Below, in pieces: positions 1 to 6,745 of a stretch of DNA of 8,436 bases; the first letter of the stretch is position 1; each line of letters starts with the position of its first letter. A program made the position numbers and the translations under genes. The stretch is from a virus (taxonomy: Duplodnaviria; Heunggongvirae; Uroviricota; Caudoviricetes): positions 1 through 8,436 of IMG/VR virus record IMGVR_UViG_2548876860_000011; one strand, written 5' to 3'. Below the pieces are notes generated by a model. The model was not told the DNA's origin and did no database searches. It worked only from the letters and a program-made list of their open reading frames with translations.

Positions 1-216
1 ATGGCTGAAATGAAAAAAATATCTTTGGTTTCTGAAGTCAATACCTACATCAATACCCATCAGTGGCCTGGCAAAGCTGCTATTGGTCGTCTGAAAGGCG
101 AGGAACTGGCGCAATATAATTTGTGGCTGGATTATCTGGACGCACTGGAGCTGATCGATACTTCCGGTGCGCCAGATATTGAATGGCCTACGCCTCCGGC
201 AGTTCAGGCCAGATGA
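1..216 (+). CDS. tail fibre assembly protein, C-terminal portion (probably 5'-truncated by the window edge; alternative cassette of the invertible segment)
   Basis: The 71-aa ORF ends ...LWLDYLDALELIDTSGAPDIEWPTPPAVQAR, which parallels the C-terminus of the 197-aa Tfa on the opposite strand (...LNAVLDYIDAVTATDTSTAPDVIWPELPEA). The two ORFs converge and overlap at 188-216, as U/U' genes do in Mu G-segment-type inversion regions. Tfa proteins are normally much longer than 71 aa, so the ATG at position 1 is likely an internal Met. Confidence 0.5.
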   Translation: MAEMKKISLVSEVNTYINTHQWPGKAAIGRLKGEELAQYNLWLDYLDALELIDTSGAPDIEWPTPPAVQAR

Positions 217-781
217 CATCCGGCGCGGTGCTGGTATCTGTTGCCGTCACCGCGTCAATGTAATCCAGCACAGCGTTAAGTCTGGTTGTTTCTGCCTGCG
301 TCAGTTTATGTCCGGCCTGCAATTTCAGTTGAATCAGACTGATGGAAGCCATTGCTGCATCAATCAGTGACTGGCGCTGTGCTTCTGCCGCGTCTACTGC
401 GGCACCGTGTTGTGCCTCAGTATCTGTCACCCATTTCTCACCATCCCATTTATCATATGGCGTTAACGGTGAAAGCGTGACATAACCGTTTTTGATGGCA
501 CCGATATAACCCACTGTAACAGCAGCACCATTTTCGATTGAGTAAACAGTCTCATTGCGATGGTCTTCTTCATGGCTCCATCCCTTACCTGTAAATACTG
601 CCACTTTTCCCGGAATGTTTTCGCCCGGGTCAATACCAGTGGAACAGGCGGGCATACTTACGCCAGTATTAATATATTCATCAGACCAGCCCGTATACTC
701 AGATGTTTCAGCATCATAATAAAAACAACGCATATCGCCCGGCACTGTAGCCAGCCCATTTTCATCAAAAACAGGTTTCAT
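188..781 (-). CDS. phage tail fibre assembly protein (Tfa family)
   Basis: 197-aa ORF. Its ATG (779-781) overlaps the stop of the upstream tail-fibre ORF (TAATG on the minus strand), which suggests translational coupling. The C-terminal motif matches the Tfa family. Position next to a tail-fibre C-terminal cassette and a pin invertase gene matches e14/Mu/P1 architecture. Confidence 0.8.
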   Translation of the reverse strand: MKPVFDENGLATVPGDMRCFYYDAETSEYTGWSDEYINTGVSMPACSTGIDPGENIPGKVAVFTGKGWSHEEDHRNETVYSIENGAAVTVGYIGAIKNGYVTLSPLTPYDKWDGEKWVTDTEAQHGAAVDAAEAQRQSLIDAAMASISLIQLKLQAGHKLTQAETTRLNAVLDYIDAVTATDTSTAPDVIWPELPEA

Positions 782-1275
782 TATTTAGCCCTCACCAGAA
801 AGTTAAATGCAATATTTCGCGGTCTGACAGCAACAAAATTCACACCATCACCCACCGAGTTACTGGTGAAATTAAATCGTGAAAATCCTGGCTGATTTCC
901 GGCGATGCCATCATGAAAGTTAATTGCGTGTCCCGCACCTTCGCCTATATTCCCGGCAAACTGAGAAAAGTTTGTAGCGGCCTGCCAGCTTAATAATTCG
1001 CGACCACCGTCTGCACCTCGCCCGTCATCCCAGATACGAATGAAATCACCGCGGGCTTCAGGTAATACCAGCGAAGGAAACACTTTCGCCAGCACAGGGT
1101 AATCAGAGGCAGAAAATTTCGTCCCGTTGAACTTCAAAAACACCATACTGGACCAGCTGTCGATTACAGTATTTGGCATTGCGGCGGAGGGCCAGAAGAA
1201 TGGAACGCCAATAGCTGGAGCACCTTCTACCAAACCAACGTTTACGAAAATGAATATTTCAGGTGCAAATGGCAT
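781..1275 (-). CDS. tail fibre protein C-terminal variable-domain cassette (promoterless, silent in this orientation of the invertible segment)
   Basis: 164-aa ORF, Gly/Asn-rich as in tail-fibre receptor-binding tips. No room exists for a constant N-terminal part, because pin starts at 1305 on the other strand. A hix/gix-like crossover site lies inside its 5' end (1225-1250), so the ATG at 1275 is probably not a real start. Equivalent to stfE' of e14. Confidence 0.65.
   Translation of the reverse strand: MPFAPEIFIFVNVGLVEGAPAIGVPFFWPSAAMPNTVIDSWSSMVFLKFNGTKFSASDYPVLAKVFPSLVLPEARGDFIRIWDDGRGADGGRELLSWQAATNFSQFAGNIGEGAGHAINFHDGIAGNQPGFSRFNFTSNSVGDGVNFVAVRPRNIAFNFLVRAK
1225..1250. other. site-specific recombination crossover site for the Pin/Hin/Gin invertase (hix/gix/pix-like)
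   Basis: TTCTACCAAACCAACGTTTACGAAAA is a 26-bp imperfect inverted repeat with the conserved AAACC-NN-(G/C)GTTT centre. Compare hixL TTCTTGAAAACCAAGGTTTTTGATAA as remembered. It sits about 55 bp upstream of pin and inside the 5' end of the tail-fibre variable ORF, where these sites normally lie. Confidence 0.55.
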
Positions 1276-1304
1276 GCTCCCGGCTTTTAGCGATGGGATT
1301 GATC

Positions 1305-1856
1305 ATGCTTATAGGCTATGTACGGGTGTCAACAAATGACCAGAACACAGCATTGCAAAGAAACGCGCTCGAGTGTGCAGGATGTGAACTGATTTTCGAA
1401 GATAAGATCAGCGGTAAGGTGTCCGACAGACCAGGATTAAAAAAAGTGCTCAGGACGCTATCAGAAGGCGATACGCTGGTGGTATGGAAGCTGGATCGCC
1501 TCGGTCGCAGCATGCGGCATCTTGTCGTGCTGGTCGAAGAAATGAGGGAGCGAGGGGTAAACTTCCGTAGCCTGACCGACAGTATAGATACCTCAACACC
1601 AATGGGGCGCTTTTTCTTTCATGTCATGGGGGCGCTTGCCGAGATGGAAAGAGAGCTTATTGTTGAGCGAACACGGGCTGGCTTAGCTGCTGCGCGCGAA
1701 GATGGTCGGATCGGCGGCAGACGACCAAAGTTAACCGCAGAAGAGTGGGCTCAGGCTGGAAGGTTGATTGCTGCAGGTGAGTCTAGAAAACGTGTGGCTA
1801 TAATTTATGATGTAGGGGTGTCGACGCTATACAAAAAATTTCCTGCGCAGCGTTGA
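1305..1856 (+). CDS. pin: serine recombinase, DNA invertase of the Pin/Hin/Gin/Cin family
   Basis: 184-aa product MLIGYVRVSTNDQ... with the catalytic Ser in VRVSTNDQ, the conserved LVVWKLDRLGRS and SLTDSIDTSTPMGRFFFHVMGALAEMERELIVERT blocks, and a C-terminal HTH (VAIIYDVGVSTLYKK). The ORF track starts at an upstream GTG (1263), but the ATG at 1305 gives the canonical N-terminus. Confidence 0.9.
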   Translation: MLIGYVRVSTNDQNTALQRNALECAGCELIFEDKISGKVSDRPGLKKVLRTLSEGDTLVVWKLDRLGRSMRHLVVLVEEMRERGVNFRSLTDSIDTSTPMGRFFFHVMGALAEMERELIVERTRAGLAAAREDGRIGGRRPKLTAEEWAQAGRLIAAGESRKRVAIIYDVGVSTLYKKFPAQR

Positions 1857-1984
1857 GAAAACGCCACCGCGTCGTCGTATGCAAGAACGGGCGGCGACGA
1901 ACTGGCGAACGTTCGATAGTGCGAGTATTGAATGATTGCCAGTCACGGCGGATTGTACTTAAGCAATATGACGGTTCAAGGCGT

Positions 1985-2227
1985 TTAATCTGAAACCAGC
2001 CACATATCAGCCTTTTCAAACATTTCCTGAACAGTACGGCTTATCTGTTCCTTCTCATGCTTGCTGGCGTCAGTGTTGATCGCCGGCAGTGTCATCATCG
2101 GTTTTACCCGGACATCAGCATCAGGGAAGACCCGGTGAACCCTCTTAGTCAATTCGCCCAGAATGATATCTTTTGCACCGGGCAGGCCATCAAAATTCCT
2201 TTTGTCATAAACGAGTTCCACGAACAT
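1985..2227 (-). CDS. DinI-family DNA-damage-inducible protein
   Basis: 80 aa, MFVELVYDKRNFDGLPGAKDIILGELTKRVHRVFPD...EKEQISRTVQEMFEKADMWLVSD. This is collinear with E. coli DinI (81 aa, ...KEDKQRISEILQETWESADDWFVSE). RBS AGAGG lies upstream of the ATG at 2227, and a LexA-box-like site sits 16 bp upstream. Confidence 0.8.
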   Translation of the reverse strand: MFVELVYDKRNFDGLPGAKDIILGELTKRVHRVFPDADVRVKPMMTLPAINTDASKHEKEQISRTVQEMFEKADMWLVSD

Positions 2228-2242
2228 TGCTTATTGCCTCTT

Positions 2243-2262
2243 TACTGGATGGATACACAGTG
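2243..2262. promoter_or_regulatory. LexA (SOS) box-like operator in the divergent dinI-like / orf80 intergenic region
   Basis: TACTGGATGGATACACAGTG fits the CTG-N10-CAG core of the LexA consensus TACTGTATATATATACAGTA, with CTGG in place of CTGT. It lies between the divergent starts at 2227 (-) and 2302 (+). Confidence 0.5.
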
Positions 2263-2301
2263 CTTGTGCTGTTTTTTTATCCAGTGTTCAAGAAGGGGTT
2301 A

Positions 2302-2544
2302 ATGATGCCACAACGTAGCGATATTGAAATAGCCTGGCATGCTTCGATACAGCGAGAACCGAATGGCCGGAAGACTGTCACCACACAGCGGTTTGTCCAG
2401 GAACTGGGTAAGGTTAACTGGCACTGGACGATGAAGCAGGCCAACGATTGGATAGAATGTTATGTGACAACATTCCGCGATGTATCAACGCAGGAAGGCG
2501 AGAACCGAACCTTTCAGCTGTTCAATCCAAACGGAGGACTTTAG
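2302..2544 (+). CDS. hypothetical small protein (80 aa), probably SOS-regulated and co-transcribed with the downstream umuD'-like gene
   Basis: ATG at 2302 with AAGGGG RBS 4-10 nt upstream. The stop at 2542-2544 is 2 bp before the umuD'-like ATG. Codon composition is typical of the surrounding genes. No motif recognised by eye. Confidence 0.5.
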   Translation: MMPQRSDIEIAWHASIQREPNGRKTVTTQRFVQELGKVNWHWTMKQANDWIECYVTTFRDVSTQEGENRTFQLFNPNGGL

Positions 2545-2546
2545 CC

Positions 2547-2976
<430 letters not shown>

Positions 2977-3645
2977 TCATATTGGCGTTATTAGTTCGGC
3001 GCCCTGATTTTTCACATTCCCGACGGCACGCGTTACGGCGTGCCATATAAATTTATCAGCCGGTACAACACCGTCGGCTGCAATTTCCGCTGCTTCTTTC
3101 CCTCCAACATCCTGCCTCATCCATTCACGCGCGGCTTCCGGTAGCAGTACCAGTGGTCGTCTGTCGTGAATATCAACCAGTCCTTTGTCAGCTGCAGCTG
3201 TAACTATCAGGAAACCTTCTGCTTCATCTCCACGTTCGAATGGTGTGCTGCCGATCGCCGCCATAAAAATCGGCTGACCGTCTGCCCGGTGAATAAAGTA
3301 GGGTTGTTTTTGGTCGCCTTCCTTTTTCCACTCATACCATCCATCAGCAAAGCAAATTGCGCGGCCATGCTGCCAGAGTGGTTTAAACATTCTGCTGGTG
3401 GCAGCAGTTTCAGACCGTGCATTAATGAGCGGCGGTTTATCCCACCAACCGGGGGCGTATCCCCAGATAACTGGATCAAGATGCAACTGCTCATCACGTT
3501 CGCTCAGAAGCAGAACTTTTGTTCCTGGCGCTACGTTGAATCTTCCGATGGGTTCTGGATCGTATGGAATATCGCGTTCTGATTCATCAGCGAGAAGGGC
3601 AAGATAATCTTCACGGGTCATTGACTGTGAAAAGCGTCCACACAT
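2977..3645 (-). CDS. SOS-response-associated peptidase (SRAP, YedK family; abasic-site processing protein)
   Basis: 222-aa product begins MCGRF (the Cys2 nucleophile hallmark of SRAP) and is collinear with E. coli YedK as remembered (...DPEPIGRFNVAPGTKVLLL...WGYAPGWWDKPPLINARSETAATSRMFKPLWQHGRAICFADGWYEWKK...). Strong RBS GGAGG precedes the ATG at 3645. It is convergent with the umuD'-like gene and abuts it with no spacer. Confidence 0.85.
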   Translation of the reverse strand: MCGRFSQSMTREDYLALLADESERDIPYDPEPIGRFNVAPGTKVLLLSERDEQLHLDPVIWGYAPGWWDKPPLINARSETAATSRMFKPLWQHGRAICFADGWYEWKKEGDQKQPYFIHRADGQPIFMAAIGSTPFERGDEAEGFLIVTAAADKGLVDIHDRRPLVLLPEAAREWMRQDVGGKEAAEIAADGVVPADKFIWHAVTRAVGNVKNQGAELITPI

Positions 3646-3879
3646 AGAAACCTCCAGCCGTATGTCAGACTGAAAGTATAGGGCAGTTAGAAAAAGTGGT
3701 GCACACCGTTAAAGATTTAAAAGGAGCATGTAAGGTAAATCGGAATGATGGTTTTGTGAATTGATGAATTCCGAAAGTGAAAAAGATACTTAATCATTGT
3801 GTGCTGGCGATACGGGGGCAACATTTGACGGGGTTTTTCCCCTGTAATTCCCCATTGCTTCCCCGTTCAGAAAACAGGC

Positions 3880-3904
3880 AAAAAAACCAGCCGTAACAGG
3901 CTGG
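3880..3904 (-). terminator. rho-independent terminator (native tRNA terminator carried in repeat copy 1; also terminates the 4043-4828 gene)
   Basis: On the minus strand: CCAGCC-tgttac-GGCTGG hairpin followed by T7. Confidence 0.7.
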
Positions 3905-3919
3905 TTCTTCGAGGATTTT

Positions 3920-3964
3920 TGGTCGGCACGAGAGGATTTGAACCTCCGCCCCCCGACACCCCAT
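3920..3964 (-). pseudogene. tRNA-Pro 3' fragment (about 45 nt: anticodon-proximal part, T-arm, acceptor 3' strand and CCA); not a complete tRNA gene
   Basis: Minus-strand sequence ATGGGGTGTCGGGGGGCGGAGGTTCAAATCCTCTCGTGCCGACCA has T-stem/loop GGAGG-TTCAAAT-CCTCT, acceptor 3' strand, discriminator A and CCA. It matches the 3' portion of E. coli proL tRNA-Pro(GGG) as remembered, with one mismatch. The 5' half is absent; flanking sequence diverges after 3964. Confidence 0.7.
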
Positions 3965-4042
3965 AGTGTCGTGCTAATATTCTGATGGCCTATATGCGTC
4001 TACAGTAAGTTGATAGCATCATTCGTCGGTCGCTTCGTAGTC

Positions 4043-4828
4043 TCACATACGGATAAAATTTTTTCTATTGATTTTGTCTCTATCAGAGCCATAAATGATG
4101 GTTGCAAAAAAACGACCTAATTCAAGATGGTGGAAGTGATTATCTTTTGCTTGAACTGTCATTGAGTCTAATATGTTATAGATGCATTCTATGATATGAA
4201 TAACTAATAAAGTGCGATAACCAGCAAGCATTTCACTTCTTTTAAGTAAATAATTTAAATCCCCTGCAGAGTTTATATGGTTTCTGTCTTCATCATAATA
4301 TCCAAGCACATAGCATGGCAGTGTTTCACCATAGCTTCGGTATTGCTCGCATTTTTTATCAATTATATTTTTTTGTCTTTTTGTTAATATTTTGTCGTAA
4401 ATGCTCTTATCGATTTCATTATACCATTGCTTCATGGGATCATTGTCGTTGTCATTAGTAATGAAATCAATATTACTATATCTTGATGAATTTGCAAAAT
4501 TAGTTAACAACTCCATCACTCTGTAGTGAATTTCATTTAAGCCAGAGGGAGAATCAACTCTCTCAATGACTAGGTTAAATAACTTGCTTAAGTTATGACC
4601 GTAATCTCTTAATTTTTTGCGTGATGTATATTTTCCATTTTTATTATAATCATCAAGCATAAGGCAAAGTTTCATAAGCCTTTCTAATCCTAAACTGATG
4701 CCGGATAATGCTTGAAAATACAATCCTCTACTTGCAAAATTTGCTTTCCTTAGGGAAGTGAGCCCTATGCCTAATAATTGTCTTGAAAAGTCAACCTCAT
4801 CAACAAATCTTCTGTATTTTTCATCCAT
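4043..4828 (-). CDS. hypothetical protein (AT-rich cargo gene; possible phage-defence/abortive-infection candidate, function unknown)
   Basis: The ORF track gives 4043-4858 (271 aa), but position 4856-4858 is a TTG with no RBS. The in-frame ATG at 4826-4828 has GAGG 6-9 nt upstream, giving 261 aa starting MDEKYRRFVDEVDF. GC content is roughly 30%, against roughly 50% in the prophage genes to the left. No catalytic motif recognised by eye. Confidence 0.6.
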   Translation of the reverse strand: MDEKYRRFVDEVDFSRQLLGIGLTSLRKANFASRGLYFQALSGISLGLERLMKLCLMLDDYNKNGKYTSRKKLRDYGHNLSKLFNLVIERVDSPSGLNEIHYRVMELLTNFANSSRYSNIDFITNDNDNDPMKQWYNEIDKSIYDKILTKRQKNIIDKKCEQYRSYGETLPCYVLGYYDEDRNHINSAGDLNYLLKRSEMLAGYRTLLVIHIIECIYNILDSMTVQAKDNHFHHLELGRFFATIIYGSDRDKINRKNFIRM

Positions 4829-4892
4829 AAAAACCTCAGTCAGCCAATTAATATTCAAGAATGATTTCTATAAAGAACTAATCTAGTTAAAT

Positions 4893-4928
4893 CATCTGAT
4901 GTAATTAGTATTACAATACCATCAGACG
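4893..4928. promoter_or_regulatory. nested palindrome upstream of the 4043-4828 gene (candidate operator)
   Basis: CATCTGATG-(18 nt)-CATCAGACG inverted repeat, with an inner GTAAT-tagt-ATTAC palindrome, centred about 80 bp upstream of the ATG at 4828. Confidence 0.3.
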
Positions 4929-5014
4929 ACATTGAAGCAGTATTGTGCCTTATCTACCCTATGTACGTCCATTGATAAAAATCTGCGCTTTTCGCAGTGG
5001 GGTCAACCGTAAGC

Positions 5015-5136
5015 TAATTTCCCCATTGCTTCCCCGTTCAGAAAACAGGCAAAAAAAACCAGCCGTAACAGGCTGGTTCTTCGAGGATTTTTGGTCAGCA
5101 CGAGAGGATTTGAACCTCCGCCCCCCGACACCCCAT
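5015..5136 (-). repeat. direct repeat copy 2 (~122 bp): flank + intrinsic terminator + tRNA-Pro-like fragment
   Basis: About 97% identical to 3845-3964. Confidence 0.9.
5051..5076 (-). terminator. rho-independent terminator (copy 2; downstream of the 5333-6301 gene on the minus strand)
   Basis: CCAGCC-tgttac-GGCTGG hairpin followed by T8 on the minus strand. Confidence 0.7.
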
Positions 5137-5150
5137 GGCGGTGATCTACC
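5092..5150 (-). pseudogene. degenerate tRNA-Pro-like fragment (about 60 nt from the D-loop region to CCA; 5' part not recognisable)
   Basis: Same T-arm and acceptor 3' end as copy 1, with G to A in the acceptor strand. The match to tRNA-Pro extends further (GGTAGATCACCGCCATGGGG vs GGTAGCGCACCGTCATGGGG) with mismatches. No convincing 5' acceptor strand. Confidence 0.6.
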
Positions 5151-5332
5151 TTCTCATCAAGGGTAACCATGTGCCAGAAGCAGCCCTTGCGCACATTGGA
5201 TGGGTATCAAATAATGAAGTAGGTCAACTTTATTAAATAAAATTGTGTTGGTTCAGATGATCGAATGGGAATGAATAGTTTATTACTTTTGGTGACCGCA
5301 AGCGCGATCACCTTCGATTTGGTGGCAATTAC

Positions 5333-6301
5333 CTAGAATGATGCACAATCTTTAAGCTCTTTTTCTAGTTGTTCAACCAAGTCACAGCATTTTTTGATAA
5401 CATCTTTAACTGACTCTGAATCTAACTTATGAAAATTACCATTTTTTGTTTTACCTGCTCGATGAACTAAGTCATGCCTAATTAACACGCTTTTATAAAC
5501 TTCTGTGAAAACAGGGAATTTAATACCAAAGGTATCTCGATACATGCCACTTACTTTTGGCAGATTATGATAAAGAACACTCTTCATAGACTCTATCGCT
5601 TGAGACTCTATTTGTTCATGCCTTATAAATAATTCAGAAAGTAAGAATTTTTCTGTATTGTAATCTTTGAAGGTTTCAACAAAATTTCTCAAATTAGTTT
5701 GGCTACCATGAATTAGGGAAATAAATCTGTCACATAAATATGTTTCCAAGGAAGTTATTGTATTGGCATATAGCATATACGATATTTGTATTTGTAAAGT
5801 GCTATCAATTTTTAACTGAGCATCATTTAGTTTTATGGCGTTCTGCATACTATTTTGGAATGTCATATAGACATCTCGTTCAGATAGCGTTCGATCATCA
5901 GAGTACTGCATATCAATAACATCTAGAATGCGCTGTTCGATTAATGAAGGTCTATTCAACTGTAATATATCTATAGTCGCATGTCCTCGCTCAGTTAAAC
6001 CTTCTAAATATCCATTTTTATTTTGTTTCATATGTTCTGAAAAACTTTCATTTAAAGGATTTAGAAGTAATGGTTTGCCATTTTCATCGAGAGGAAACTG
6101 ATCTTTTTTAATCATGCTACATGCCTTACAAGCGATGAGCAGGTTGTCTGTAGCATCTTGGAAGTCAGTATACTTTGATTTTGGGAAAAAACGATCAACA
6201 TCCGCCATCAATGGTTCATAAAGTTTAGTGCCACAGTAAGCACATTGATGCTTAAACTTCTCCCATAGTTCAAGTTTAAACGTTTTATAATTCTTATTCA
6301 T
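5333..6301 (-). CDS. hypothetical protein with N-terminal HNH-like Cys-rich motif and C-terminal HEPN-like Rx4H motif (candidate nuclease/RNase toxin or abortive-infection effector)
   Basis: 322-aa ORF with ATG at 6299-6301 and AAGGAA RBS. N-terminus: CAYCG...DVDRFFPKSKY...DNLLIACKACSMIKKD, an HNH-type CxxC...D-x-D-[H]...N...CxxC layout, but with Arg where the catalytic His normally sits. C-terminus: SVLIRHDLVHRAGK, i.e. R-x4-H as in HEPN RNase motifs. Very AT-rich. Occupies the slot next to icdC where K-12 e14 carries mcrA. Confidence 0.7.
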   Translation of the reverse strand: MNKNYKTFKLELWEKFKHQCAYCGTKLYEPLMADVDRFFPKSKYTDFQDATDNLLIACKACSMIKKDQFPLDENGKPLLLNPLNESFSEHMKQNKNGYLEGLTERGHATIDILQLNRPSLIEQRILDVIDMQYSDDRTLSERDVYMTFQNSMQNAIKLNDAQLKIDSTLQIQISYMLYANTITSLETYLCDRFISLIHGSQTNLRNFVETFKDYNTEKFLLSELFIRHEQIESQAIESMKSVLYHNLPKVSGMYRDTFGIKFPVFTEVYKSVLIRHDLVHRAGKTKNGNFHKLDSESVKDVIKKCCDLVEQLEKELKDCASF

Positions 6302-6745
6302 TGAATAGTTCCTTTATATTCTTGACTTGATTGTTTGTTTGCCAATTTAAGCCAAAGACACACGACTTTAATTGGGCTTGAATCATAGTTATATGTAATC
6401 TATTAAGCAAACACTTTTCATTAATAGCATGAGATAACGCTCAATTCTTTATTTTCCGGGAGTGTGTAACTTCATATCCACCTCTCACTCACAGCGTACG
6501 TTATTGGCGAAAAATTTAGTTAAGCCATTGATAGTTTGTGAAAACACGCATGATTTAAAATCCCTTTGCCGTGAAGGGGCTGATAGGTACAGGCACTTGT
6601 TTTTGCCCTCTAAAACGGTTATCAAAACCAAAAAACATACATTGATAATCAATAGGTTAGGGGAAAGATAAAAGCCAGTTGATTTACAATAAAATTATAG
6701 GATTATTTTTATTTATCATGCGGTTGTATATGAACCATCTAACTA

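Larger units (their letters stand above)
3845..3964 (-). repeat. direct repeat copy 1 (~120 bp): flank + intrinsic terminator + tRNA-Pro 3' fragment
   Basis: About 97% identical to 5015-5136. The copies differ by one T indel, A-run length (7 vs 8) and one G/A change. Confidence 0.9.

Noticed and set aside
167-1513. Antisense or overlapping ORFs in the tail-fibre region (167-370 +, 560-895 +, 1127-1339 +, 1316-1513 -)
   Set aside because: Each lies entirely inside a better-supported gene on the opposite strand (tfa, tail-fibre cassette, pin), with no RBS and no recognisable motifs; typical shadow ORFs.
1857-1984. GC-rich imperfect hairpin between pin and dinI-like (CGTCGTCG...CGGCGACG) as a terminator
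   Set aside because: The 14-nt loop and absence of a following T-run make it a poor intrinsic terminator.
1798-2302. ORFs 1798-2019 (-) and 2057-2302 (+) around the dinI-like gene
   Set aside because: They overlap the pin 3' end or the dinI-like gene in other frames, have Arg/Cys-rich low-complexity translations and no RBS.
2448-2546. Upstream in-frame ATG at 2448 as the start of the umuD-like gene
   Set aside because: The extension overlaps the 80-aa ORF in another frame and does not resemble the UmuD N-terminal arm, whereas the ATG at 2547 has a well-spaced GGAGG RBS.
3166-3607. ORFs 3166-3582 (+), 3207-3497 (-), 3398-3607 (+)
   Set aside because: All lie within the SRAP/YedK-family gene, which has a far stronger identity and RBS; likely spurious.
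4829-4858. TTG at 4856-4858 as the start of the 271-aa ORF
   Set aside because: No RBS upstream, whereas the in-frame ATG at 4826-4828 has GAGG at the right spacing. The 10 extra residues are probably not translated.
3845-5136. The two 120-bp repeats as a CRISPR array or as intact tRNA genes
   Set aside because: Only two copies separated by 1.1 kb containing a gene, so not a CRISPR array. The tRNA 5' halves (acceptor 5' strand, D-arm) are missing or unrecognisable, so neither is a functional tRNA.
4945-5194. ORFs 4945-5166 (+) and 5003-5194 (-)
   Set aside because: They are translations of the tRNA-fragment/terminator repeat itself (note the Pro/Gly runs from the G/C-rich tRNA stem); RNA-derived sequence, not coding.
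5291-5312. GC-rich near-palindrome GGTGACCGC..GCGATCACC just downstream of the 322-aa gene
   Set aside because: For the minus-strand gene it is followed by an A-rich rather than T-rich tract, so it is not a convincing terminator. The real terminator is more likely the hairpin + T8 at 5051-5076. Could still be a protein-binding site.
6462-6671. 69-aa ORF on the plus strand in the AT-rich intergenic region
   Set aside because: No RBS and low-complexity translation, in the promoter region of the 322-aa gene; likely spurious.
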